Below are positions 10,136 through 20,236 of a stretch of 42,901 bases of DNA, piece after piece. The stretch's first letter is position 1. Each line of letters starts with the position of its first letter. The translations under genes and the position numbers were made by a program. This stretch comes from an uncultured Fidelibacterota bacterium. GTDB taxonomy: Bacteria; Fidelibacterota; Marinisomatia; Marinisomatales; UBA1611. A model generated the notes under the pieces. The model saw only the letters and a program-made list of their open reading frames with translations. It was not told the DNA's origin and did not search any database. The stretch lies in assembly GCA_913040915.1 (NCBI GenBank), contig CAJWHW010000016.1:1-42901 (forward strand). Reading direction: 5' to 3'.

Positions 10136-11230
10136 TTAATCAATTAAGGATCCTTTTCTATAAAAGGGTGGTTTTATAACTGTAGATGTCTTTAACCTAC
10201 CTCGAATATCCACAAGTAATTTAGTACCTGCATTTGTCAATTCTTCTTTTAAATAGCCCATTCCTATACCCTCATCCAAAGATGGGCTCATTGTTCCGCT
10301 TGTAATCTCTCCTACAATATTATTATCTACAATTATTGGACATCCTTTTCTTGGAATTGCCCTTTCAGACATTTTTAAACATACCAGTCTTCGAGTTACA
10401 TTGGATTTGGCTTTGAGCAATGCATCTTTTCCTATAAAATCATCTTTACCTAATCTTGTAATCCACCCTAAACCAGCTTCAATGGGGGTAGTTGTTTCAT
10501 CAATATCATTGCCATATAATACATATTTCATTTCCATCCTTAATGTATCCCTGCATCCCAACCCTGCGGGCATCAAACCTTTATCCTTACCAGCAGCCAT
10601 AATGCCATCCCAAATTCCAGATATTTTATCCGAATCTGCATAAATTTCAAATCCCAGTTCTCCTGTATAACCTGTTCTTGAAATAATACACTTATTACCT
10701 CCTAAATTACTCTCCACAAAATTGTAAAATTGGATATTCATTAAAAAAGTGTCCGTCAGTGTTTGCAGGATCTCTCTAGATCTTGGACCCTGTAATGCTA
10801 CTAAACCAATATCATTACTTTTATTTTCTATTTTAACATCACCTATAACTTGTGATTGGAGCCAGTTTAAATCTTTTTCTATGTTTGTTGCATTCACAAC
10901 TAACATAAAGTCATGTTTTCTTCTATAAACCAATAAATCATCAACAATACCACCATTTTTATAACACATGGCTGAATACTGTGCCTGTCCATTTGATAAA
11001 CTAGATATATCATTGATAGTAACTTTTTCCAAGAATATTTGGGCATCCTGTCCAGAAATAAAGAATTCTCCCATATGACTTACATCAAATAAGCCAGCAA
11101 CCGTTCTTACAGCATTATGCTCCTGTTTGATCCCTGAATACTGAGTTGGCAAAAGATATCCGCCAAAATTGACCATATTGCCACCTAAAGCCATATGTTG
11201 ATCATATAGAGGTGTTTTTTTCTCAGACAT
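10136..11230 (-). CDS. gcvT: Glycine cleavage system aminomethyltransferase T
   Basis: KTPLY, GLFDVSHMGE, SRTGYTGELGFE, GLGCRDTLRME. Confidence 0.97.
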   Translation of the reverse strand: MSEKKTPLYDQHMALGGNMVNFGGYLLPTQYSGIKQEHNAVRTVAGLFDVSHMGEFFISGQDAQIFLEKVTINDISSLSNGQAQYSAMCYKNGGIVDDLLVYRRKHDFMLVVNATNIEKDLNWLQSQVIGDVKIENKSNDIGLVALQGPRSREILQTLTDTFLMNIQFYNFVESNLGGNKCIISRTGYTGELGFEIYADSDKISGIWDGIMAAGKDKGLMPAGLGCRDTLRMEMKYVLYGNDIDETTTPIEAGLGWITRLGKDDFIGKDALLKAKSNVTRRLVCLKMSERAIPRKGCPIIVDNNIVGEITSGTMSPSLDEGIGMGYLKEELTNAGTKLLVDIRGRLKTSTVIKPPFYRKGSLID

Positions 11231-11243
11231 TTGCGCCTTTTAG

Positions 11244-11846
11244 TTATGCCATAAGTTCTTTGAGCGCTTTTTTAATAACGGACTCTAATTTCCCAGATAA
11301 TTCGCCTTTTTTTCCCAACTCCGAACATGCTTTTCTGGCATGGTTCTGATTATATCCTAAAGACATCAAAGCATTCACTACATCTTTAAACATTTGAGGT
11401 TCTGATAATTCGCTTTCTACAAAGCCCAAAGAATCTTCATTTTTTTTCATAAATTTTTCTTTGAGTTCAACAATAATTCTTTTCGCTGTTTTTGCACCAA
11501 CACCGGGTACAGATGTGAGAGTGGTAACATCACCTGCTATTACCCGATCTTTTAATTTTGATGGTACTATTCCTGATAAAATAGTTAAAGCTAGTTTAGG
11601 TCCAATACCACTGATTGAGATCAATAAATGAAATGTTTTCCGTTCCTTTTCATCCTTGAAACCATAGAGATCCATCATGTCTTCGCGCACATGCAGATAA
11701 GTTAAAACAACCGTATCGCTTCCCTTTGAAGGAAGAGAATCCAAACCATTGATGGACATCATTACTTTATAACCAATGCCATTAACAAAAATGATAGCAA
11801 AGTTTGTTGTTTTTTTCTCTACCAGACCATGTAATTGGTCGATCAT
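11244..11846 (-). CDS. ruvA: Holliday junction branch migration protein RuvA
   Basis: HVRED, ISGIGPKLA, PGVGAKTAKRI, ALMSLGY. Confidence 0.97.
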   Translation of the reverse strand: MIDQLHGLVEKKTTNFAIIFVNGIGYKVMMSINGLDSLPSKGSDTVVLTYLHVREDMMDLYGFKDEKERKTFHLLISISGIGPKLALTILSGIVPSKLKDRVIAGDVTTLTSVPGVGAKTAKRIIVELKEKFMKKNEDSLGFVESELSEPQMFKDVVNALMSLGYNQNHARKACSELGKKGELSGKLESVIKKALKELMA

Positions 11847-12319
11847 TTAAACTTTTCCTGATTAATATAACAAAGCCCTACAGCCATGGCATCAGAAATA
11901 TCCATCGGTAATGGAGGCTCTTTGAGTTTTAAAATTTGAGTGACCATATAGGAGACTTGTTCCTTACTTGCAGCTCCATTACCACAAACAGACATCTTAA
12001 CCTTTCTTGGCGCAAATTCATAAACTGGAATATCAGCTTGCGCTGCTGCTAAAATCAAGGACCCTCGAGCTTGTCCTAATATCATAGCTGATTTTACATT
12101 TCTACTATAGAATGCATCTTCAATAGCCATAACATCCGGGCTAAATTGGTCCAATATTTTATTCATTTCTTCAAATAAATAATTTAATCTTTTGGGTAAT
12201 TCATCCTTTGGTTTGGGTTTTATTGTCCCGTAAGCAGTCAGTTGTGTTTGGTTCCGTTTATTTTCCATTATACTGAATCCTGTTATGCCTAAACCTGGAT
12301 CAACACTTAAAACCCTCAT
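11843..12319 (-). CDS. ruvC: Crossover junction endodeoxyribonuclease RuvC
   Basis: VDPG, AIEDAF, LGQARG, GNGAASKEQV, DISDAMA. Confidence 0.97.
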   Translation of the reverse strand: MRVLSVDPGLGITGFSIMENKRNQTQLTAYGTIKPKPKDELPKRLNYLFEEMNKILDQFSPDVMAIEDAFYSRNVKSAMILGQARGSLILAAAQADIPVYEFAPRKVKMSVCGNGAASKEQVSYMVTQILKLKEPPLPMDISDAMAVGLCYINQEKFK

Positions 12320-12324
12320 TAAGA

Positions 12325-13068
12325 TTATTCTAGGTTCAGTGATTCCAAATCTATATCCAGATTTGAGTAGAGTTTACTAATATCATCATTCTCATCTAAG
12401 GCATCCATGAGTTTCATCGCAGTTTCAGCTTCTTTCCCATCTAACTTTTGCAGTGTTTTTGGTATCATTTCAATCTCTGTAGATCGAATTTTATACCCAG
12501 AGTTTTCTAGTGAGTCCCTTACTTCCATTAGACTAGTTGGGTCAGTAAAGATCGCGTAAATATTATTATCTGATTCAAAATCATCAGCTCCTGCTTCCAA
12601 TGCCGCTTCAAAAATAACATCTTCATCACCTGAATCGCTGTTTAAAATAATTTGTCCTTTTTTTTCAAACATCCAAGACACACTTCCATTTTCACCAAGG
12701 TTACCCCCAAATTTGGAAAAAATATGCCGGACTTCAGCCACAGATCGGTTTTTATTATCGGTAATTACATCCATCATGAGAGCCATCCCTCCGGGGCCAT
12801 ATCCTTCGTATGTAATTTCTTCATAGGTAACTCCCTCTAACTCACCCGTGCCCTTCTTGATGGCTCTTTCAATTTTATCCGCAGGCATATTACTGGATTT
12901 TGCATTTGATACTGCTTTCCTCAGTCTCGGATTAGAATCAACATCGCCGCCATTCAGACGAGCAGCAATTGTAATTTCTTTTATTATCTTGGTAAATATT
13001 TTTCCGCGTTTTGCATCTTGAGCACCTTTACGGTGTTTAATATTGGCCCATTTACTATGTCCAGCCAT
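12325..13068 (-). CDS. yebC: YebC/PmpR family protein
   Basis: [29 protein letters not shown]. Confidence 0.97.
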   Translation of the reverse strand: MAGHSKWANIKHRKGAQDAKRGKIFTKIIKEITIAARLNGGDVDSNPRLRKAVSNAKSSNMPADKIERAIKKGTGELEGVTYEEITYEGYGPGGMALMMDVITDNKNRSVAEVRHIFSKFGGNLGENGSVSWMFEKKGQIILNSDSGDEDVIFEAALEAGADDFESDNNIYAIFTDPTSLMEVRDSLENSGYKIRSTEIEMIPKTLQKLDGKEAETAMKLMDALDENDDISKLYSNLDIDLESLNLE

Positions 13069-13158
13069 TTTTCTCCATGATTATAAAAAGAAAATTACTG
13101 AACATCGAGAGGCCCTCCAAATAAAGTCAAAACAAGTTGGTTAAAATAATTGATAAAG

Positions 13159-13593
13159 TTATTCAGAGATCAAATGCTCAATTCTACTTCGAACAATCCA
13201 AATATCTCGGTATCCCTTATTTTTCAACACTTTTTTACGGGTTTCAGCTTCTTTTTTCGTAATAAAATTCCCAGTCCGAATTTTGTACAAAGGAGCTTCA
13301 AAAATCATATATACAGAATCATCTAGCGCTTTTTTAAATTTTTTCAGATTGTGATTCGCCGCATCTACTGAAGATGATTCATAAACCTGAAGTCTAAATC
13401 CGTCCCGAGTTGAAATCCGGACTTTTTTAAGAGAATCTAATATCCCTATTTGTGATGCCCCAAATATTTTATCTAATACTTTAGATGTTTTCGGGATAGG
13501 ATCGCGAACAGAATTCATATCAAACCAATAGAGTGAATCCTGACCATAAATATATGTGATCGTCAGTATTAATATAATCAAACGAGTTATCAT
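13159..13593 (-). CDS. Exported SPOR-domain protein
   Basis: Signal peptide; GFRLQV...YKIRTGNF...EA...GYRDIWIV SPOR pattern. Confidence 0.8.
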   Translation of the reverse strand: MITRLIILILTITYIYGQDSLYWFDMNSVRDPIPKTSKVLDKIFGASQIGILDSLKKVRISTRDGFRLQVYESSSVDAANHNLKKFKKALDDSVYMIFEAPLYKIRTGNFITKKEAETRKKVLKNKGYRDIWIVRSRIEHLISE

Positions 13594-14336
13594 TTTAATG
13601 TCCTAATAGATTGAGTAGGAATCCACCCTTTTTTACCATCAATTAAAATAATCTCCATCCAATTTTTCTGTGTTTTCTGAATATCAGCGATACTACCTTC
13701 ATTAATACGGAATAAAACCGTATTCTCACCATAGAATGGACCTGAATATGCATCAACACCATTAGAAATTACAACCCCTCTATTAATTTGCATTTCCTGA
13801 AAATACTTATCAGCAGTTAAGCCATGGATTCCAAGGGTAAGTATAATAATTCCAGTTAATATCGATTTACTCAGGTTACCTCGAAGCCAACCGAACTGTA
13901 ATCCAACCAGCCATAAAGATTGAAAAAGTAAAATTAGACTACCCAATAGTAACCATTCTCTTAGAGTAAAGTTGGATTTGACTTTCCTGTATATTTGTAA
14001 AAAAATTAAAGATTCGGGCATATCGATACGATCAATTCGTCGTGCTTTCGCCACAGAAAGATTATGCTGAGCATCCACATCCCGAGGTGCATATTTTAAA
14101 CTATTTGAATATGCCCATATTGAATGGCCAATATAATGAAGCCGGAAATACGCATTTCCTAAATTATAGTATACATCAGGATGTTCTACACCAAGAGCAA
14201 TAATTGATTCATAAGCCTGAACTGCATCCTCATATTTTTCATCTATCATGGCATCATTCCCAGCAGAAAATAATTCGCCAGGAATATCAGAAATACCAAT
14301 AGATACAAAAACAATAGAAGAGATGAGATACTTCAA
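13590..14336 (-). CDS. batE: BatE-like TPR plus SH3 membrane protein (TTG start)
   Basis: YYNLGNAYFR TPR, two TMs, C-terminal WMEI...DGKKGWIP SH3; last bat gene. Confidence 0.8.
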   Translation of the reverse strand: MKYLISSIVFVSIGISDIPGELFSAGNDAMIDEKYEDAVQAYESIIALGVEHPDVYYNLGNAYFRLHYIGHSIWAYSNSLKYAPRDVDAQHNLSVAKARRIDRIDMPESLIFLQIYRKVKSNFTLREWLLLGSLILLFQSLWLVGLQFGWLRGNLSKSILTGIIILTLGIHGLTADKYFQEMQINRGVVISNGVDAYSGPFYGENTVLFRINEGSIADIQKTQKNWMEIILIDGKKGWIPTQSIRTLK

Positions 14337-16033
14337 ATCATCTCCTTTTCAATCTGTTTCATTAATTCTGCCATATCGGCTAAAATAGTGGCCTCCCTAT
14401 CTATTCCGCCCGGTGCATATTTTCCTGCATCGCAAATTTTTAATATTGAAATTGTTTTATCCATCAATTCAGATGGAATTTTTTCTTTTAAATAGGTATG
14501 AACACTGCCCGAATCCAAATTATGGGATGATAAAATCAATTTATTTTTCAAATATATGTAAAATGCTTTACTGGCGGTTTCAAAGGGTTTATCTGTTTGT
14601 TTTTTGAGCTCTTGAAGCCCGGTTCGAAGTGCACCACGAATTTGTCTTCCTTCTGCAGTGGATAAGCGATAACCTGTGAATTTTGATATAAAAGTTGGTG
14701 ATGCAAAAACTAAAATTGAACATAAATAGATAAGAATTACTGTATTTCTTTTATAAGCACCGGATATTGATAAATGAATTGGATCTGTATGAATAAACCT
14801 TATATCCTCTCCAATTAATTCTACTTCGCGCTTTGTAAGCCCTGATCCTTGAGATATTCCAGTTTCACCAGGTAAAATTGGGATAATGATTGGATCTGTT
14901 TTCGTGCGTTCCCAATTCCCTGTTTTTGGATTAAAATAAGACATTTGAATTCCTGGAAGCGTAATATTTCCTATAGTCCTGGGCATTAGAATATATTCCC
15001 AAATATGACTACCTGTTATGTCATCTCGAAATGAATCTTTTTCATATTTTTCTGTAGGTGGGAATGCCTCTATTTCCTCAGGAAATATAATTTCAGGAAG
15101 AGAAAATAATCCCAGATTTCCTGTACCTCTCAAAGAAATTGTAAATGTAAAACCTTCATTAACTTTTGACGTATCTCTATCCGTTTTAGCAATGATAGCA
15201 AAAGAGCCAACAGCACCCGAAAAATCAAATGGTTTTGGTTCCGGATATGGTAAAATTTCTACTTTTTGTTCTTTAGAGCGGATTATTTTTGTTTTGGTCT
15301 CCGTAAAAAATGAATCAAAAAACGGATCAAAGAATGGATCACGGCGCCGTTTTTTTCTCTTTGATTCAACCTGAACTTTGACTGTAATAGATGGAATGCT
15401 ATGCTTTTCAGAGGGTAAGGGGAATAATGCTTTTTGACCAAGAGTGGCTACCTGATACTTGACCCCTTTTATTGTCACGCCACGATACTGCACGCGTTGA
15501 GGTGTATATATATCTTCCACCCAGAATCCGGGAAATTCCGGCATTTGGAACGGTTCAATGGAAATGTTGGCATTTTTGTACAATTTATAGCTCAGGGTGA
15601 TTTGCTCTCCCAAATACGCTTTATCCTTGTCAATCTCAGCCACAATAAATACCGAATTATCATCAGATTCATTGGCTTTTTCCACGTGAATTTGGATCGG
15701 TTTCCCTCGGAAGGATTTGCCGTCCACAGTCCCGAATAGAGCAGGAATTGTTAAAGTGCCGCCTCGCTTGGGTGACATCGTCCAGGTCAATGTTTTGGTG
15801 CTGGTCATGCTGCCATTGATCCATTGAATGTTGGTCTGTTGTCCCGGGCCGCTTACAATTTCAAAATCTTTCCGTACCTGGCTTATATCTACTTTTGCAA
15901 AATCATCACTCCCGGACACTTCCACCGAAAGAGAAATCATTTCTCCCTCTTCCACACGATTGCGGTCCACAGAGATTTGGACAGTTTGCCCAAGCAATAT
16001 GTTGAAAGTAAAAATGAACCACAGAAAGCGCAT
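14333..16033 (-). CDS. batD: BatD family protein
   Basis: VDRNRV, QWING, AYLGEQ, FSGAVG, GTGNL, YFNP motifs; ATG overlaps batC stop (TAATG). Confidence 0.88.
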   Translation of the reverse strand: MRFLWFIFTFNILLGQTVQISVDRNRVEEGEMISLSVEVSGSDDFAKVDISQVRKDFEIVSGPGQQTNIQWINGSMTSTKTLTWTMSPKRGGTLTIPALFGTVDGKSFRGKPIQIHVEKANESDDNSVFIVAEIDKDKAYLGEQITLSYKLYKNANISIEPFQMPEFPGFWVEDIYTPQRVQYRGVTIKGVKYQVATLGQKALFPLPSEKHSIPSITVKVQVESKRKKRRRDPFFDPFFDSFFTETKTKIIRSKEQKVEILPYPEPKPFDFSGAVGSFAIIAKTDRDTSKVNEGFTFTISLRGTGNLGLFSLPEIIFPEEIEAFPPTEKYEKDSFRDDITGSHIWEYILMPRTIGNITLPGIQMSYFNPKTGNWERTKTDPIIIPILPGETGISQGSGLTKREVELIGEDIRFIHTDPIHLSISGAYKRNTVILIYLCSILVFASPTFISKFTGYRLSTAEGRQIRGALRTGLQELKKQTDKPFETASKAFYIYLKNKLILSSHNLDSGSVHTYLKEKIPSELMDKTISILKICDAGKYAPGGIDREATILADMAELMKQIEKEMI

Positions 16034-16785
16034 TACCAATCCTTTTCCAATTTGCGGGATTTCGCTTTGGCAATTTGCCGTTTTTGGTTGATCTTTTCCT
16101 GATCTTTCAATGCATTCAGGATGGCTTCAGCCTGCATTTGTTTGTCAGTTTTTTCTTCCTTTGATTCTTCCTGCTTAGCTTGGGATTGCTTTTGTTCCTG
16201 ATCTTGTTTTTCCTGTTCCGCTTGGGATTGCTTTTGTTCCTGATCTTGTTTTTCCTGTTCCGCTTGGGATTGCTTTTGTTGTTGCTCTTGATTCTGATCC
16301 GAACCCTGATCCTGGTTTTTATCCGAATCTGAATCTTGATCCTGTTCCTGTTTCGAATCATGATCCTGTTGCTGCTGTTCCTTCTGTTGCTGCTGGACGA
16401 CCTGTTTCAGCATTTCATAATTGACTTTCGCATCTTGGTCTGTCGGATCCAATTCAATTGCTTTCCGGTAAAGGGCGAGGCTTTCCTCCATTTTTTGTTG
16501 ATCCCGAAACATATTTCCTAAATTGAACATGGCTTTGGATGCCAATGATTTATCTTCGGAATTCATGATGGAATTTAAGGATCGTGCCGCTGTTTCCATG
16601 TCTTGCTGTTGGTAGGCTGTGGCACCAAGCCCAAAGTGAGCAGCATCATCTTTTTCTCTATTTTTCAGGACATGCTCATAGTAAGACCTAGCTTCATGAT
16701 ATTTCCCGTCATTGTAGGCTTTTTGACCTTTATCTTGAGATAAAGCGACACCGAGAATCAATCCTAATGTAACGAATTTGGTCAT
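16033..16785 (-). CDS. batC: BatC-like TPR protein with Gln-rich linker
   Basis: TPR (FNLGN, AKVNYE), Q/D/E-rich tract, C-terminal EKDW; ATGA overlap with batB. Confidence 0.85.
   Translation of the reverse strand: MTKFVTLGLILGVALSQDKGQKAYNDGKYHEARSYYEHVLKNREKDDAAHFGLGATAYQQQDMETAARSLNSIMNSEDKSLASKAMFNLGNMFRDQQKMEESLALYRKAIELDPTDQDAKVNYEMLKQVVQQQQKEQQQQDHDSKQEQDQDSDSDKNQDQGSDQNQEQQQKQSQAEQEKQDQEQKQSQAEQEKQDQEQKQSQAKQEESKEEKTDKQMQAEAILNALKDQEKINQKRQIAKAKSRKLEKDW
16178..16280. repeat. 42-bp in-frame tandem repeat, about 2.4 identical copies, in batC
   Basis: CTTGGGATTGCTTTTGTTCCTGATCTTGTTTTTCCTGTTCCG starts at 16179 and 16221, partial copy at 16263; encodes QKQSQAEQEKQDQE. Confidence 0.95.
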
Positions 16786-17786
16786 GCGTTTTCCTTCGGC
16801 CTTGTGGGCAAAACAAATCCCCATACCAGAAAACAAAATGCTAAAAAAGCAACCGATTGGTACCGGTCTTCATATTCGGAATATTCGTGGGTGGATATGG
16901 TTTTTTTCTCCATGTTTTCAATAGCCAAAGCAATATCCTCATGGTTATCCCTATTATTGTCAAACCGGAAAAAAGAACCATTACCTGAGGTCGCAATATC
17001 TTTCAATATACCTTCATTTAAAGTTGATGTGATCAATTTCCCGTCTCTGTCCCGTTTATATTGATTGGTTTTTTTATTTTCCCCTTTCACAGGGATCAAA
17101 CTCCCCATGGCAGACCCGACACCGACCGTGTTAACCATGAGTCCCACCTTTGCAGCTTGAGCTGCGATTTCCACCGCTTGTCCTTCATGATCTTCCCCAT
17201 CTGTGACCATGAGCATCACCTTGAATTTGTCCGACTCTTCAGTAAAAGCAGAAATGGCTGTATTCATGGCGGAACTTAAGGCGGTTCCTTGGGTGGGAAT
17301 CATGTCTGTGTCAATTTCATTTAGGAAAAGTATAGCAGCTTCATAATCTGTTGTAAGGGGCAAATATAAATGACTGGAGCCGGCGAAAACGATGATGGCC
17401 ACACGATCACCTTTCAATTTGCGGATGAGACGCCCCAATTCAAATTTTGCTTTCGCCAATCGGGAAGGTGTCACATCTTCAGCATCCATGCTAGTAGAAG
17501 TGTCCAGTGCAATGACCAAGTCAACGCCTTTTCTTTCAATTGGGCGAACTCGCGTGCCAATTTGTGGTCCCGAGGCTGCCAATGCCAAAAGTGTCAACCC
17601 AATTAAAATGATTCGGTTTCGCCAATGGATTCTCCCTTTGTCCAGGTTTGCCCGGGAGACATCTCTCACTTTTTGGGATGCATTAGGAAAAATCGGATCA
17701 CGCTTGCGATCTTTCATTAGCCAAATAATCCACAAAATAATTTGCAAGACGAAAAAAGCCAAGACCCAACTGAAACGAAATGACAT
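16782..17786 (-). CDS. batB: BatB VWA-domain protein
   Basis: MIDAS DTSTSM, PSRL, PLTTDY, TDGEDHEG. Confidence 0.9.
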   Translation of the reverse strand: MSFRFSWVLAFFVLQIILWIIWLMKDRKRDPIFPNASQKVRDVSRANLDKGRIHWRNRIILIGLTLLALAASGPQIGTRVRPIERKGVDLVIALDTSTSMDAEDVTPSRLAKAKFELGRLIRKLKGDRVAIIVFAGSSHLYLPLTTDYEAAILFLNEIDTDMIPTQGTALSSAMNTAISAFTEESDKFKVMLMVTDGEDHEGQAVEIAAQAAKVGLMVNTVGVGSAMGSLIPVKGENKKTNQYKRDRDGKLITSTLNEGILKDIATSGNGSFFRFDNNRDNHEDIALAIENMEKKTISTHEYSEYEDRYQSVAFLAFCFLVWGFVLPTRPKENA

Positions 17787-18754
17787 TAGGTTCTGCTCCT
17801 GAAAATAGATCTCCGTGTGGTTTCCATGCCTAATCCTAAGAGAAAAGCTGGAATTAAAAACCAGCCATATAATTCTTTGTATTGCGTGAATTCTTTTATT
17901 TCAATCTCGGACTTTTCCAATTGATTTATCTCCGAATATATCCTATTTAGCGCTTTCACATCTGTGGCCCGAAAAAATTTTCCTCCTGTAACATTTGCAA
18001 TATGTTTTAATGTCTCTTCATCTATTTCATTCCGAATAAGTCCTCTACCAGGAATTCTGGTATAAGATTGATTTGTTCCTGCACCAATAGTATAAATTTT
18101 TATATTATATTCTGCAGCTAATTCAGCTGCTGTTTTTGGATCAATTTCACCTGTATTATTACTGCCATCAGACAATAAAATCATAACTTTACTTAAGACA
18201 TCGCTGTTTCTTAACCTATTTACACCATTTGTAATAGCCATGCCAATGGCAGTGCCATCATACTCTTTAGATGCAATACTAATTTCTTTAATTAATGATT
18301 GCAAAACACTTTTATCAACGGTCAAAGGGCATTGTATAAATGATTCGCCTGCAAATACTAGAATACCGATTCGATCTTCTTTCCGTCCTGCTATGAATTC
18401 ACCAGCAGTTTTTTTCACAGCTTCTAATCGATTTGGTGGAAAATCATCAGCTAACATGCTGGAACTGATATCTAGTATAAGTAGCATATCAATAACACTA
18501 ACGGAAGATTCCTGGAGATTATCAATTAATCTAGGTCGAGCCAAGCCTAGAATCACGAAGAAAAGGATAAGCAAATAAGCCATCCTAAAAACCATGTTTT
18601 TTCGTTTACCTATTGTTTTGAATTCTTTTGAAATAAAACTGCTTGAAGAAATCCGTATTGTACCTTCATTTTTTTGTCCGTTACTTTTGTACCAGCCAAA
18701 TAATATTGGAATGAGTAATAAAAGTATTAGGTAAGATGGATGTTGAAAATCCAT
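17786..18754 (-). CDS. batA: BatA VWA-domain protein
   Basis: LARPR, DISSSMLADDF, QCPLT, GTAIG, LSDGSNNTG, KIYTIG. Confidence 0.92.
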   Translation of the reverse strand: MDFQHPSYLILLLLIPILFGWYKSNGQKNEGTIRISSSSFISKEFKTIGKRKNMVFRMAYLLILFFVILGLARPRLIDNLQESSVSVIDMLLILDISSSMLADDFPPNRLEAVKKTAGEFIAGRKEDRIGILVFAGESFIQCPLTVDKSVLQSLIKEISIASKEYDGTAIGMAITNGVNRLRNSDVLSKVMILLSDGSNNTGEIDPKTAAELAAEYNIKIYTIGAGTNQSYTRIPGRGLIRNEIDEETLKHIANVTGGKFFRATDVKALNRIYSEINQLEKSEIEIKEFTQYKELYGWFLIPAFLLGLGMETTRRSIFRSRT

Positions 18755-18919
18755 GAATATTCTCTATGCCTTAATAATTTTCTATCAATATTATAAATAT
18801 GTATGATTAAAAAGAATATGGTTTAAATAATCACTTTAGTTTGTTGATTTATTTCGTACCAAAGTTCTGCATAATTTCCGTACGAATTTAGCGTAAAAAT
18901 GTTTCTAAAATATTTTTGG

Positions 18920-18942
18920 GTTGAGATCGGACGATCTCCAAC
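18920..18942. terminator. Short hairpin downstream of tatA (possible terminator or processing site)
   Basis: GAGATC-GGAC-GATCTC inverted repeat; no clear U-tract on the minus strand. Confidence 0.3.
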
Positions 18943-18949
18943 TGAATTG

Positions 18950-19156
18950 CTATTCTTGTGAACCCTCTTCCCCAATCGGGTTATCTGCTTTTTCCTTGGC
19001 ATCCAAAATCTCTTTTTTAGATGTTTCTACTGCATCCTTAAATTCATTGATTCCTTTACCAAGACCACGTGCCAATTCTGGTAAACGTTTAGCTCCGAAA
19101 AGCAACAGAATCACCAAAAAGATAAGAATAAGTTCGCCTGTACCTAAATTGAACAT
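18950..19156 (-). CDS. tatA: Twin-arginine translocase TatA/E
   Basis: GELILIFLVILLLFGAKRLPELARGLGKGINEFK; start placed at MFNLG. Confidence 0.93.
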   Translation of the reverse strand: MFNLGTGELILIFLVILLLFGAKRLPELARGLGKGINEFKDAVETSKKEILDAKEKADNPIGEEGSQE

Positions 19157-19199
19157 ACCATAGTTTACATCAACATTTGTTATGTTGTCTTCCAAAATT

Positions 19200-19487
19200 T
19201 TAACGAAAATACCTTAGGATGTAATATCCAGAAGCCAGGCCAATAATACTTGTAAAATTAAATTTCATTGCTAAACCAAATTTCAAGGTAATAATCTTTA
19301 AATCTAATATAAGTACACCTAATTCATTCGATGCTAATCCTCCAATGTCCAGAGAGAGAGATGTCAGGAAAAAATCCTTCACTACACCTTCTGGTAACAT
19401 CCAGCCAAAGATATTTCCAATAACTCCGCCAATTATTGCACCGAGAAATAATCCAACAATAATTAATGAAATGTTTCGCTTATTCAT
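19200..19487 (-). CDS. Small membrane protein (DUF4321-like)
   Basis: Two hydrophobic segments; LDLKIITLKFG..FNFTSIIG pattern. Confidence 0.65.
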   Translation of the reverse strand: MNKRNISLIIVGLFLGAIIGGVIGNIFGWMLPEGVVKDFFLTSLSLDIGGLASNELGVLILDLKIITLKFGLAMKFNFTSIIGLASGYYILRYFR

Positions 19488-20236
19488 GTATCAATTGTTG
19501 ATGGTTCTTCTAAACGATGGGGATTAATAAGCCAATGGATAATATTCCATATAATATAAAGTGATACCAGAGGTAACAAAATATACTCCTGCCATATGGC
19601 TATAAAAATCAATGAAAAAATGAAACTTAATAACAGCAAAGAATTTGCACGTCCTGACTTAAAAGAAAGTAAAGGGAATTTTGCAAAATGAATTGGACTT
19701 ACCATTAAGAATCCCAAAGTAGCTACGAGCATTAGAGCAGTTCTTGGATCTCCAAAATCCCCATCCACTTGATGATTGAAAAAGAGATAGGAAAATAATG
19801 TAATTGTAGCAATAGGTGTGGTGAGACCAACCGTATAAGATTTTGGTTTTCCTGGATCCTCATCTAAGTTGAATTTAGCTAATCGAATTGTACCAAACAT
19901 GAGTGGTGTAAAGGATATAAATGCACCTAATAAAGAAGGTAGACCATCGACATAAAGAGAATAGACTAAAATTGATGGTACCACACAAAAAGATACTGTA
20001 TCTGCCATGGAATCAAATTCTACACCAAAACGAGATGAAATTCCAAGCATTCTGGCAATTTTACCATCAAAGACATCAAATAGACCAGCAATAATAATAA
20101 ATACACCTGCTTTTATAGGTTCTCCATTAAAGATAAGACCTATGGCCAAAAATCCCAAAAACATATTGATTAAAGTCAGAATATTTGGAATAAAATGACG
20201 AGATCGAGGTGGTTTTTTTATATATTTAAGTTTCAT
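19484..20236 (-). CDS. pssA: CDP-diacylglycerol--serine O-phosphatidyltransferase
   Basis: PNILT, DVFDGKIAR...G.EFDSMADTVSF CDP-alcohol motif, RLAKFN; adjacent to psd. Confidence 0.93.
   Translation of the reverse strand: MKLKYIKKPPRSRHFIPNILTLINMFLGFLAIGLIFNGEPIKAGVFIIIAGLFDVFDGKIARMLGISSRFGVEFDSMADTVSFCVVPSILVYSLYVDGLPSLLGAFISFTPLMFGTIRLAKFNLDEDPGKPKSYTVGLTTPIATITLFSYLFFNHQVDGDFGDPRTALMLVATLGFLMVSPIHFAKFPLLSFKSGRANSLLLLSFIFSLIFIAIWQEYILLPLVSLYIIWNIIHWLINPHRLEEPSTIDT

Noticed and set aside
10136..13068. ruvA/ruvC without ruvB, and gcvT without gcvH/gcvP
   Set aside because: Dispersal of these genes is common and not evidence of novelty
16116..16361. R/N/K-rich repetitive 81-aa ORF
   Set aside because: Alternative frame of the batC Gln-rich repeat
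18855..18895. GCATAA-containing stretch resembling a dif half-site
   Set aside because: No TTATGTTAAAT XerD arm at the correct spacing
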